From NCBI GenBank assembly GCA_001779205.1, contig MFJM01000006.1, positions 10,327-52,264 on the forward strand: a stretch of DNA of 41,938 bases, in the 5' to 3' direction. Source of the stretch: Candidatus Gottesmanbacteria bacterium RIFCSPHIGHO2_02_FULL_39_14 (GTDB lineage: Bacteria > Patescibacteriota > Microgenomatia > 2-02-FULL-39-11). Under the pieces are notes generated by a model. That model was not told the DNA's origin and searched no databases. It saw only the letters and a list, made by a program, of their open reading frames with translations. The first letter of the stretch is position 1; every line of letters starts with the position of its first letter. Positions 27,083-36,157 of this stretch are shown piece by piece. The position numbers and the translations under genes are program-made.

Positions 27083-27902
27083 ATTACCAGAAGTTGAAAC
27101 AATCCGCTTACAACTTTCTCAATTAATTTCCGGTTTAAAGATTAAGGATATACAAATTTTCCAAAGAAAATCTTTTACGGGAGACGAGAAATTATTGATT
27201 GGAGCGAATATTTCCGGTTTAAGAAGATTTGCGAAAATGCTGGTGATGGATACTGATAAAGGATTATTATTGGCTGTTCATTTGAAGATGACGGGGCAGC
27301 TTATTTACAAAAAATTCAAATTACAAAATTCAAATAACAAAAAAGAAAATTTACCTAATAAATATACAAGAGTTATCATTAATTTTACTGACGGGAGTGG
27401 ATTATTTTTTAATGATGTGAGAAGGTTTGGGTGGATGAGAGTAGTAAAAAAGAGAGATTTTGAGGAAATTATAAATAAGTTAGGTCCCGATCCGACGAGA
27501 ATTAATAGTGGTGATTTTTATAAAATTCTTAAGTTATCAAAAAAACCAATAAAATTATTATTAATGGATCAGGAGAAATTGGGAGGGGTAGGCAATATTT
27601 ATGTCTGTGAGGCTCTTTTTGAAGCAGGTCTAAATCCGAAAATCCCGGCTAATCAATTAACTGAGGAAGCTAGCGAACGGCTGTTGGTGCGTTTGAAAAA
27701 ATCATTAAGAAAGGGGATAAAGTGGGGAGGAGCTTCAGACAATAATTACCTTGATGCCTATGGAGAACAGGGAGAGATGCAGGAACATTTTCTGGTATAC
27801 GGAAGAGAAGGGGAGAAATGTTTAAATAACTGCGGAAGTATGGTTAAAAAGATCCGGATGGGCGGACGGGGAACCTATTTCTGTTCCAAATGCCAAAAGT
27901 GA
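27075..27902 (+). CDS. mutM: Formamidopyrimidine-DNA glycosylase
   Basis: MPELPEVET, HLKMTG, D.RRFG, G.GNIY..E and a C-terminal zinc finger. Confidence 0.96.
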   Translation: MPELPEVETIRLQLSQLISGLKIKDIQIFQRKSFTGDEKLLIGANISGLRRFAKMLVMDTDKGLLLAVHLKMTGQLIYKKFKLQNSNNKKENLPNKYTRVIINFTDGSGLFFNDVRRFGWMRVVKKRDFEEIINKLGPDPTRINSGDFYKILKLSKKPIKLLLMDQEKLGGVGNIYVCEALFEAGLNPKIPANQLTEEASERLLVRLKKSLRKGIKWGGASDNNYLDAYGEQGEMQEHFLVYGREGEKCLNNCGSMVKKIRMGGRGTYFCSKCQK

Positions 27903-28040
27903 CTCAGTTTGATATCTTGATTTTTATCCCCTATAACATTTATAAATAGGTTATCCTCCTCAAGACTTCACCTTTCACGCGAAAAATCTGAAAAACTGCC
28001 AAATTAAATTAATAAAAAATTATTTGAAAGGATCGTAATA

Positions 28041-29312
28041 ATGGCTGTTGTTACTATTGAAAGTAATCTTGGAAGGTTAGCTGTAAATTTCAGAACTTCA
28101 GAATTTGTTTCAAAAGCTCATCCTGACAAGATGGCGGATGGAATTAGCGCGTTAGTATTACAAGAGCATCTTATTAATGATCCTCTAGCTCATGTTGCAG
28201 CAGAAACAATATTGTCTTCATCCGGTGAAGTTTCATTATACGGTGAGATAACTTCCGGACATGATATGACTCAAGCTGATTATGAGAGATTGGTAAGAGG
28301 ATATGTTGGCGGTTTAGGTTGGACGAAAGCTCATGGTTACGATCCAGACGAATTGATTATTCGGAAACAATACGCTTTACAGTCACCAGATATAGCACAA
28401 GGAGTTGTTGAAAGCGATCCAAGCAGGCTAGGAGCAGGAGATCAGAGTGAAACAATAGGTTTTGCAATAAGAAATCCAAGATTTTCTGAAGAAGAGGATC
28501 AGAGGTTACCACTTCCACATGCTCTTTCAAGAGATTTATTACTTGCCATTAATGCTTTACGAGAAAGTAGTTTATCTGAGGTCATTAAACCGGATATGAA
28601 ATCATTGGTTGAGGTTTCGTATAAAGACGGTAAACCGGTGGCTTTAGAGAAACTTGTTTTGGCTGTGTCTCATAGCGATAGTATTGAAAATGGACAGTTG
28701 AGAGAACTAATAAGAGATACGGTAATGAGTGTTCTTCATAAGTATAAATTAAATTTTAATTTTGATGAGGCAATAGTCAATGGTACTGGAAAATTTGTAA
28801 TCGGAGGACCAAGAGGAGATACAGGATTAACCGGTCGTAAGATTGTAGTTGATGCATACGGACCGGAAATTCCGGTAGGTGGTGGAGCATTTCATGGTAA
28901 GGATCCTTCAAAAGTTGATGTTACAGGGGCATATCTGGCTAGATGGATAGCCAATCAGATAGTAGGAAACGGACTAGCAGATAAATGTTTAGTGAGACTT
29001 AGTTGGGCCATTGGTCAACCTATGCCTGTTGCCATGCATGTTGATTTGTGTGGGACTGAAAAGAATAGTATAAAAAATATCACTGAAATGCTAGCCCAGA
29101 TAGATACGTCTTTGGGTGTTGCTATTGCGCGTTTTGGCATGAGAGAGATAAAACCCGGAGATACTAAAGGAATTGTATATCCGGCAATAGCGGGTTGGGG
29201 TCCTTTTGGACTTGTTAAAGATGATTCTGAAAGACCTTGGGATCTTGTTGTTCCGCCTGATAAATGGAAAGAATGGACGGCTCCAAAAATTGAAGTTGCC
29301 GGTCAGAGTTAA
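28041..29312 (+). CDS. metK: S-adenosylmethionine synthetase (divergent)
   Basis: HPDK, QSPDIAQGV, GAGDQ, GGP.GDTGLTGRKI.VD.YG and GGGAF.GKD..KVD motifs. Confidence 0.92.
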   Translation: MAVVTIESNLGRLAVNFRTSEFVSKAHPDKMADGISALVLQEHLINDPLAHVAAETILSSSGEVSLYGEITSGHDMTQADYERLVRGYVGGLGWTKAHGYDPDELIIRKQYALQSPDIAQGVVESDPSRLGAGDQSETIGFAIRNPRFSEEEDQRLPLPHALSRDLLLAINALRESSLSEVIKPDMKSLVEVSYKDGKPVALEKLVLAVSHSDSIENGQLRELIRDTVMSVLHKYKLNFNFDEAIVNGTGKFVIGGPRGDTGLTGRKIVVDAYGPEIPVGGGAFHGKDPSKVDVTGAYLARWIANQIVGNGLADKCLVRLSWAIGQPMPVAMHVDLCGTEKNSIKNITEMLAQIDTSLGVAIARFGMREIKPGDTKGIVYPAIAGWGPFGLVKDDSERPWDLVVPPDKWKEWTAPKIEVAGQS

Positions 29313-29346
29313 TTTTGAACTGTAATCTGCTATAATGGGCTTCTGA

Positions 29347-30042
29347 ATGGATAAATCCAGACCGATTGTGATTTCGTTGGGTGGATCGTTGGTTGTGCCA
29401 AATGGAGGAATTGATACCGCATACATTTCCCAATTAAATAATTTTATCCGTAAAAAAATCGACGAAGGATGGCGATTTTTTGTTGTCGTCGGAGGAGGAG
29501 CAACGGCACGACATTATATTAAGGCAGCCAAGAAGATAACCGGAGAAATCAGTGATTGGGATTTAGACTTTTTGGGAATCCATGCAACACATTTAAACGC
29601 CCATTTCATCAGAACAATTTTTAAAGACATAGCCCATCCGCGAGTAATCCTTAACTACGAGAAGAAAATTGAAAGTTTAAAAGAACCGCTGGTTATTGCT
29701 GCCGGCTGGAAACCAGGGTGCTCGACTGATTATGATGCGATGTTACTGGTGCGGGATTACAAGGCTTCGGCTCTTATAAATATGTCAAATATAGAGTGGG
29801 TTTATAATAAAGATCCAAAAAAACATAATAATGCCATATTTATAAAAAAAATAAATTGGCAAGGCTACGAAAAACTGATTGATAAGAAATGGAGTCCGGG
29901 AGTAAACGTTCCTTTTGACCCAGTGGCGACTAAAATGGCGAAAAAACTTAATTGTACTGTTTATATAATCGGAAAAAATCTGGAAAATTTGAACTCGTTA
30001 TTGGAAGGGCGGGATTTTAAAGGAACAGTAATTTCTTCTTAA
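29347..30042 (+). CDS. pyrH: UMP kinase, archaeal-type
   Basis: VISLGGS, VVGGG..AR.YI, D..GI.AT..NA, PG.STD and PFDP.A motifs. Confidence 0.9.
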   Translation: MDKSRPIVISLGGSLVVPNGGIDTAYISQLNNFIRKKIDEGWRFFVVVGGGATARHYIKAAKKITGEISDWDLDFLGIHATHLNAHFIRTIFKDIAHPRVILNYEKKIESLKEPLVIAAGWKPGCSTDYDAMLLVRDYKASALINMSNIEWVYNKDPKKHNNAIFIKKINWQGYEKLIDKKWSPGVNVPFDPVATKMAKKLNCTVYIIGKNLENLNSLLEGRDFKGTVISS

Positions 30043-31115
30043 TGACAATATCAAGTCTAAGTCTTTCAAATTTCCGCAATCACTTAAAAAGGAAATTTAC
30101 CTTTTCCCTTAATACAACAATAATTATAGGTAAAAATACCTCCGGCAAGACTAACTTAATTGAAGCGATTTATTTTTTATCCATCGGAAAAAGTAACCGG
30201 GCCGGGCAGGATGTACAGGTTATAACTTTCGGAGAAGAGTTGGCCAGGATCAAAGGAGAACTGAAAGCGGAGGGAGAAAATATCGTTCTGGAAATGGTTT
30301 TAACTACAGGTGAGGTGATGGGAATTAAAACTCCTCTTAAAAAATTCACGGTTAATGATGTAAGCAGACGAAGCCTTGATTTTATAGGAACCCTAAAAAG
30401 TGTGCTGTTTTGGCCTGAGCATATGGAATTGGTGACAGATTCACCGTCTTTGAGACGACATTATCTGGACAGCGTTTTAGTACAGGTTGACCGGGAATAC
30501 AGGCGGACAATTTTATCTTATGAACGGGCTTTAAGACAGAGAAACAGACTACTTGAATATATCAAAGAAAATAAAGCCCACAGACATCAGTTGCTATTTT
30601 GGGATCAGTTATTAATAAGACAGGGCAATTATATAACTAAAATTAGGGAGGAATATATTAATTTTATAAATGATTTCAAATTACCGCAAATGGAGGATTT
30701 AGGGGTCAAATACCAGGTATTTTATGATAAAAGCATTATTTCCATAACGCGACTCGATCAATACAGGGAAGCAGAGATAGGAGCTTCAGTGACTTTGATT
30801 GGACCGCAGAGGGACGACATGATTTTCAGAATCAAGAAGAATGAAGAATATTTTGATCTTTCAAATTACGGGAGCAGGGGGGAGCAGCGATTGGCTGTTT
30901 TGTGGCTAAAACTAGCAGAACTGGCATTTATTGAAAGCAAAACCAGTGAAGAACCGGTACTGCTTCTTGATGACATTTTTTCCGAACTGGATCATGAACA
31001 CCGGGAGATAATTTTCGGGATGATCGGAAATCAGCAAAGTATTGTGACGGTAACAGACAGACATCTTATTCCTGAAAGATATTACAAAGAGGCGAAAGTG
31101 ATAGAATTGGATTGA
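30042..31115 (+). CDS. recF: DNA replication/repair protein RecF
   Basis: NFRN, GKNTSGKTNLIEA, GP.RDD, GSRGEQR and LLLDDIFSELD motifs. Confidence 0.95.
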   Translation: MTISSLSLSNFRNHLKRKFTFSLNTTIIIGKNTSGKTNLIEAIYFLSIGKSNRAGQDVQVITFGEELARIKGELKAEGENIVLEMVLTTGEVMGIKTPLKKFTVNDVSRRSLDFIGTLKSVLFWPEHMELVTDSPSLRRHYLDSVLVQVDREYRRTILSYERALRQRNRLLEYIKENKAHRHQLLFWDQLLIRQGNYITKIREEYINFINDFKLPQMEDLGVKYQVFYDKSIISITRLDQYREAEIGASVTLIGPQRDDMIFRIKKNEEYFDLSNYGSRGEQRLAVLWLKLAELAFIESKTSEEPVLLLDDIFSELDHEHREIIFGMIGNQQSIVTVTDRHLIPERYYKEAKVIELD

Positions 31116-31151
31116 GAACAATTGACATTTAACGTTTGACAATTGACAAAA

Positions 31152-32105
31152 ATGAAAAATAAAAAAATAGAAGAAATTATTAAGAAATTATATATTCCTG
31201 CTAACGATTCGCATAAGGGAAAGAACGGGAGGTTACTGATTATCGGAGGATCGCATCTTTTTCATGCCGCCTCTTTATGGGCGTTGAAAGTGGCGAGCAG
31301 GATAGTTGATTTGGTGCATTATTCATCAATTGAAGAGAATAACAAAATTGTTCAAGGGTTAAAGGAGGAATTTAGGGATGGAATAGTGGTTTCGAGGTCA
31401 GAAATTGAAAGTTATATTGAGGAAGATGACTGTATATTAATCGGCCCTGGTATGTTAAGGGCCGAAAACTCAAAACTCAAAACTCCCGCCTCCGCCGAGG
31501 CTTCGGCGGGCAGGCAAAACTTAAAACTACAACTTAAAATTCAAAAATTAGAAGATATTTTAAAATTAAAAGATGAGGGGATGCAGACTTATTATTTAAC
31601 AAAATATCTGTTGCAAAAATATCCGAAGAAAAAGTGGACGATTGACGCGGGAGCATTGCAGATGATTGATCCGGAAGATATTCCTGAGAATTCAATTCTG
31701 ACGCCGCATAAGAAGGAGCTTGATTTATTAAAAGCCAAAATTCCCTCCTTCGCCAAGGCTTCGACGGGCAAGCAAAATTCAAAAGAAGATATTAAATATT
31801 TCGCTGATAAATATAATTGCATAATTTTATTGAAAGGGAAAGAGGATATTGTAGCATCAAAAGATAAGATAGAAGAAATTGCCGGAGGGAACGCGGGAAT
31901 GACGAAGGGAGGAACAGGAGATGTTTTGGCAGGGTTGGTCGCGGCATTATATTGCAAAAATGATGCTTTTGTATCGGCAATAACGGCATCATATATAAAT
32001 AAACAAGCAGGTGAGGAGTTATATAAAAAAATGGGTTTATGGTTTAATGCTTCGGACCTGGCTGACCAAATCCCTATGACGATGAAGAGATTACTTTTAG
32101 ACTAG
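31152..32105 (+). CDS. nnrD: NAD(P)H-hydrate dehydratase (YjeF C-terminal family) with two in-frame inserts
   Basis: SHKG.NG.LLIIGGS, IGPG, IDAGAL, LTPH..E, LLKG and GN.GM.KGGTGDVLAG motifs. Confidence 0.9.
   Translation: MKNKKIEEIIKKLYIPANDSHKGKNGRLLIIGGSHLFHAASLWALKVASRIVDLVHYSSIEENNKIVQGLKEEFRDGIVVSRSEIESYIEEDDCILIGPGMLRAENSKLKTPASAEASAGRQNLKLQLKIQKLEDILKLKDEGMQTYYLTKYLLQKYPKKKWTIDAGALQMIDPEDIPENSILTPHKKELDLLKAKIPSFAKASTGKQNSKEDIKYFADKYNCIILLKGKEDIVASKDKIEEIAGGNAGMTKGGTGDVLAGLVAALYCKNDAFVSAITASYINKQAGEELYKKMGLWFNASDLADQIPMTMKRLLLD
31485..31514. repeat. 30-bp REP-like insert 1 in nnrD
   Basis: cccgcctccgccgaggcttcggcgggcagg within AAAACTC heptamers. Confidence 0.85.
31743..31772. repeat. 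30-bp REP-like insert 2 in nnrD
   Basis: ccctccttcgccaaggcttcgacgggcaag within CAAAATT heptamers. Confidence 0.85.
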
Positions 32106-32343
32106 AAATGACAGTTGGATTATTTGACTTATGGAATTCAATTTTCACCTGCGGATATTCCTTTTTCAGAAGAGTAATAAATTCATCTATCCAAGAAGGA
32201 GTAAGAACTTTTACCTGTTCAAAATCAAATTCGATAATTTGAGGAGTTTTAGTAAATAAATAAGCTTTGGCCGAAAGATAGGCTTCACGGCCGGCCGGTC
32301 TGGAGATAAGCAAATCGCCAAATTTATACAGTTTGATAATCAT
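32074..32343 (-). CDS. STAS-like domain protein (DUF4325-like)
   Basis: FG..L.SRP.GREA...DF..V.VLTPSW.DEF. Confidence 0.75.
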   Translation of the reverse strand: MIIKLYKFGDLLISRPAGREAYLSAKAYLFTKTPQIIEFDFEQVKVLTPSWIDEFITLLKKEYPQVKIEFHKSNNPTVISSLKVISSSS

Positions 32344-32344
32344 A

Positions 32345-33175
32345 TCAGTATTCTAGCACAGCAATACAGCCTTTAATTACACTTTTTTTCTCAATAATTT
32401 TCATCTTCTGGTTAGGAAAAATCTCTAAAGATGCTTTACCTGAATCAAAGCGCAGTCGCCATTTCTTATCTTTTAATACTTGAGTGACAAATTTCAGTCC
32501 GTTGCCTCTTTTTTCAGCAAATCTACCTGAAATAACCTGAGTAAAGGCGATTTTCAATGCATGACGATCAGCGGATACTTGAGGAATGACATTTCTGATA
32601 GTTTTTAATATTCCCTGTCCGCGATCAGCAAGAACAATAATTTTTTGATTATCATCATGAGCAAAAAATATTCCAGGAATATCCGGCCATTGACCCAAGT
32701 TATGATCGAAGGAATTATTACCGATTTCTCCGGCCAAAGCAGTTACCAGATATGCTACGATTCCCAACTTTTGTTCAAGATGTTGCGAAAAAGTCTGCAG
32801 ACGAACTTGAAAAACATCACGTGTTTGGCAATATAAATCAGGGGATGTTTGGAAAGGAGAGGATTTTGTTACCCATGAAAATCCTTTTTGGACAATGTTT
32901 TCAGACATATCAATAGTTGTTTTTTTCATAAAGGTTTTTAGCGTATTAAACAAAACTGATTGCTGATTTATTTTATAATAGACCAGTCTTCCTTTTCGAT
33001 AACTTTGGAATAAACCAATCTTTGTTAGAGCAATAAGCTCCCTTCTGATATTTCCAACGCTCACGGACAATTTTCTTTTTAACTGGTGCAAGTAATAATC
33101 TTGATCCGGACGGGAAAGAAACTGCTCAAGAATTTTGCGTCTGGTTTTTGATTTAGTGAGGCTAAATATATCCAT
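32345..33175 (-). CDS. ArsR-type wHTH fused to a HATPase (GHKL)-like domain
   Basis: SKTRRKIL..F...P..DYYL...REL..L..IGL; EIGNNSFDHN (N box), DRGQG (G1) and RGNGLKFV (G2). Start at ATG 33175. Confidence 0.75.
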   Translation of the reverse strand: MDIFSLTKSKTRRKILEQFLSRPDQDYYLHQLKRKLSVSVGNIRRELIALTKIGLFQSYRKGRLVYYKINQQSVLFNTLKTFMKKTTIDMSENIVQKGFSWVTKSSPFQTSPDLYCQTRDVFQVRLQTFSQHLEQKLGIVAYLVTALAGEIGNNSFDHNLGQWPDIPGIFFAHDDNQKIIVLADRGQGILKTIRNVIPQVSADRHALKIAFTQVISGRFAEKRGNGLKFVTQVLKDKKWRLRFDSGKASLEIFPNQKMKIIEKKSVIKGCIAVLEY

Positions 33176-33181
33176 GGTTAT

Positions 33182-33210
33182 ATTGTAGTCAATACTGACT
33201 ACAAAGTCAA
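33182..33210 (-). promoter_or_regulatory. Leaderless promoter with a perfect inverted-repeat operator
   Basis: TTGACT-N17-TACAAT-N6-ATG; ttgtagtca-atac-tgactacaa at 33183-33204. Confidence 0.7.
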
Positions 33211-33258
33211 ACGGCCGATCAGATCCCCCGGACAATGAAGAAGCTGATTCTGGGGTGA

Positions 33259-34104
33259 TTATAAGAAATTCAGAAGGATTATTCCAAATATACAAAGAAG
33301 TGAGCCGATGAGCTTCTTAGCGATATGTTTCCTTTCACCCATAAACGTAATTCCCATAAAAGATGTTGAAAGAAGAAATGCCGTTTCGTAATTGGTGTTG
33401 GCAATGGAGATATTTCCTTTCGCGAAAGCCCAATTAATAAGATAAAAACCCGTTACAGCAGTAAAGCGGGAAAGAATTATCTTCTTTTTATATTTGGTAA
33501 ATATTGGTTTTAGATCCTGGTAAGACTGAGGTATTAACAGGAGAATAATGACAAGAGATAGCTGGCTTAGAAAGACAACGGTTATCGGATTGAAGTAAAA
33601 AAGCGCAAGCTTTCGAAAATAAGCAAGAGCTCCCATGAGAATTCCACTTGCCAGAGCTAAGTAGAAACCTGTGGATGGATTAAGCTTTTTTCCTTCATAG
33701 AAAATAACTAAAATGCCTGAAATTATACTCAAAATGCCAATAGTATTTAAATAAGTTATTTTTTCATGAAGAAATAATATTCCACTTAGAAAAACAATTA
33801 TCAGACTAGACCGGGAAAGAATATTAATATTCGAGATATCTTCAGTTTTGTAAGCCTTTATGAGAAACAGATTTCCTAAAAATATAAAGAGAGTCGGGGT
33901 AAACAAATAAAAATAAGCAATTGGTTCTTTGACAAACGATCCGTATAATATAAAAGGACCAGTATAAAGGATTAAATTAAGACCAATTTGGAGCAAAAAA
34001 TAAGAAAAAGCAGAATACTTTTTCTCGGTGATGTTTTTATTAATTGACTCGGTGATGCCCCAAAGAGTGCCGGCGAGAAGTGCTACCAGATAAATAAAAA
34101 TCAT
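33259..34104 (-). CDS. EamA/DMT-family transporter
   Basis: About 10 TM helices; two repeats ending FLHEKI and FMGERK. Confidence 0.85.
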   Translation of the reverse strand: MIFIYLVALLAGTLWGITESINKNITEKKYSAFSYFLLQIGLNLILYTGPFILYGSFVKEPIAYFYLFTPTLFIFLGNLFLIKAYKTEDISNINILSRSSLIIVFLSGILFLHEKITYLNTIGILSIISGILVIFYEGKKLNPSTGFYLALASGILMGALAYFRKLALFYFNPITVVFLSQLSLVIILLLIPQSYQDLKPIFTKYKKKIILSRFTAVTGFYLINWAFAKGNISIANTNYETAFLLSTSFMGITFMGERKHIAKKLIGSLLCIFGIILLNFL

Positions 34105-34211
34105 AGGGAAATAATAGCATATCCGTTAAAAGCAGTTTAGAAGGATAAAGCCGAGGGTACAAAGAAGAGAATCGATCAAATTCCACAGATGATGAAAAAT
34201 TGATATTTTGA

Positions 34212-34243
34212 TTGACATATTTATGGTTTTATGGTAGTATGGT
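34212..34243 (+). promoter_or_regulatory. TA promoter
   Basis: TTGACA-N17-TAGTAT with three tatggt direct repeats as a possible operator. Confidence 0.55.
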
Positions 34244-34249
34244 TATATT

Positions 34250-34519
34250 ATGGCAGATATGGTGAAAACTACTATTATGCTTCCTGAAGATATTCTGCGT
34301 GAAGCAAAAATTACAGCGGTGAATGAAAAAACAACTTTAAGCAAGGTTATAAGAGAAAGTCTTGAGACTCGTCTTGGTAAAACTATAAGAACCAGAAATA
34401 TTAAACAAAATAAAGACCCATTAAGATTTTTGGGTGCATTTAGCATTGGTATAAAAGTACCTTATAAACATAGAGCAGATCTTTATGAAGAACACCTTAA
34501 ACGGAAAATGGGTTTTTGA
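34250..34519 (+). CDS. RHH antitoxin
   Basis: VKTTIMLPEDILREAK..A....TTLSKVIRESL; precedes a PIN gene. Confidence 0.8.
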   Translation: MADMVKTTIMLPEDILREAKITAVNEKTTLSKVIRESLETRLGKTIRTRNIKQNKDPLRFLGAFSIGIKVPYKHRADLYEEHLKRKMGF

Positions 34520-34925
34520 CAGTAATCTTCTGATTTATGGTTTGGATAAGTCTTCAAGCCGCTATCATGATGTTTATCATCTGTTTGAATTAGGAAAAGA
34601 AGGCAAAATTCAGATTATTGTGGCTCAACAGAATATTATAGAAACTGTGCATGCTTTTGTTAAAGGATATAAAAGTCCTATTGAAGAGGTGATATATAAC
34701 ATCAAAGGATTATTAGATGAATTAGATATCTATATTATTACTCCAATAAATAAAACACACTCAATATTTTTTGAAATACTTTCGAATTCCTCAGACCCTT
34801 CAGATATTTTTGATTATTATCTGGCGGCAACAATGCTTGATAACGGTATTAATCGAATATTGACTATAAATACCAAAGATTTCTCCAAAATCCCCGGAAT
34901 TGAGGCTGTGAATCCGTTCAAATAA
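34485..34925 (+). CDS. PIN-domain toxin
   Basis: VFDSNLLIY...QNI.E...FD..LAATM......ILT.N.KDF....NPF. Confidence 0.88.
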   Translation: MKNTLNGKWVFDSNLLIYGLDKSSSRYHDVYHLFELGKEGKIQIIVAQQNIIETVHAFVKGYKSPIEEVIYNIKGLLDELDIYIITPINKTHSIFFEILSNSSDPSDIFDYYLAATMLDNGINRILTINTKDFSKIPGIEAVNPFK

Positions 34926-34928
34926 ACC

Positions 34929-35777
34929 TTAAAAGAAATTCAGAAGAATAATGCCGAGCGTGCAGAACAGAGAGCCTGCTAATTTTTGCTGAAAATTACT
35001 TTTTTCCTTCAAAAAAAATATACCTAAAATAACAACAGAGAGCAGAGACAACGTTTCATAATTAGTATTAACTACCGATATTTTTTCTCTGGCAATGGCA
35101 TAGATAAAAAGAAGATAAGCAATAAAAGAAGTGAACCTGGATAATAATATTTTCCAGGAGTATTTCCGCAAAATCGGAAGCATATCAGGCAGCGCTTTGG
35201 GCATAAAAAGAGACAATGTTGTACCGGCAATATTGGCTGCAACTAGGAAGGCAACAGGAGAGAAATTAGAGAGAGTAATTTTATTTAAATAAGCTACCAT
35301 TCCAAAACATATTCCTCCTGATAAGGCAAAAATAAATCCCGATGACAGATGAAGGGATTTTCCATTATAAAAAATAACAATAATACCCAGGAGAATAAGG
35401 AAAATCCCCAATAAATTTAGATAGGAAATCCTTTCCGAAAGCAATAAATACCCATTCAGAAAGTTGACTACCAGGCTTATCCGCCAAATTATATTGATAT
35501 TTGAGACATCTTCGGTTTTATAAGCTTTAATAATGAAAATATTGCCAATAAAAGCAAATAATACCACTATCAATAAGGAAAAATAAGATGAGAGTGATGA
35601 TGGAAATACTTCTTTATTTATGAAAAACAAAAGCAAATAGAATAATAAATTACCTCCCCATTGGAGCAGGGAATAGGAAAAGACTGAATACTTTTTTTCG
35701 GTAATATTTTTGTTAATCGTTTCCGTTAGACCGCTTAAAACACCGCCCAAAAGAGCAAACAAGAGATATATGTTCAT
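34929..35777 (-). CDS. EamA/DMT-family transporter (paralogue of 33259-34104)
   Basis: Shares NKNITEKKYS, KAYKTED.SNINI and NTNYET with its paralogue; alternative start at 35792. Confidence 0.85.
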   Translation of the reverse strand: MNIYLLFALLGGVLSGLTETINKNITEKKYSVFSYSLLQWGGNLLFYLLLFFINKEVFPSSLSSYFSLLIVVLFAFIGNIFIIKAYKTEDVSNINIIWRISLVVNFLNGYLLLSERISYLNLLGIFLILLGIIVIFYNGKSLHLSSGFIFALSGGICFGMVAYLNKITLSNFSPVAFLVAANIAGTTLSLFMPKALPDMLPILRKYSWKILLSRFTSFIAYLLFIYAIAREKISVVNTNYETLSLLSVVILGIFFLKEKSNFQQKLAGSLFCTLGIILLNFF

Positions 35778-35778
35778 A

Positions 35779-36153
35779 TTATTTATTTTCATTATTAACC
35801 CACCATTGCTTGAAGAGGGTGCATAATCCTTTTTGGTTTAAAGCGACTAGGAAAATTCCATCGAGATACGTTTTTTTCCCAGTAGATTTCCGAATAAATG
35901 ATGCATACCAGTGAGCAATATACTGATTATTTTTCTCTGAAATAATTTCAAAATCAAACAAGACATCCTTTTGGGATTCAGGCACATCCTGCCAAAGATT
36001 TATCAGTTCTTTTTTAGAAGTCAGAGGCTTTTCGAACGGAGTTTCGTAGTATTGGAATTTTTCGGCGAAAAGCGGAGGGATAGATTTTGGATTTTTATCA
36101 ATCCAAGCCTGACCCATTTTATTTATCCATAACCAGCCGGCATTTTTCTTCAT
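35779..36153 (-). CDS. NTF2/SnoaL-like protein
   Basis: AW....LF.E...Y.ETPF..P...W...LDG.F...L...GLC..F.QWW. Confidence 0.75.
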   Translation of the reverse strand: MKKNAGWLWINKMGQAWIDKNPKSIPPLFAEKFQYYETPFEKPLTSKKELINLWQDVPESQKDVLFDFEIISEKNNQYIAHWYASFIRKSTGKKTYLDGIFLVALNQKGLCTLFKQWWVNNENK

Positions 36154-36157
36154 GTTA

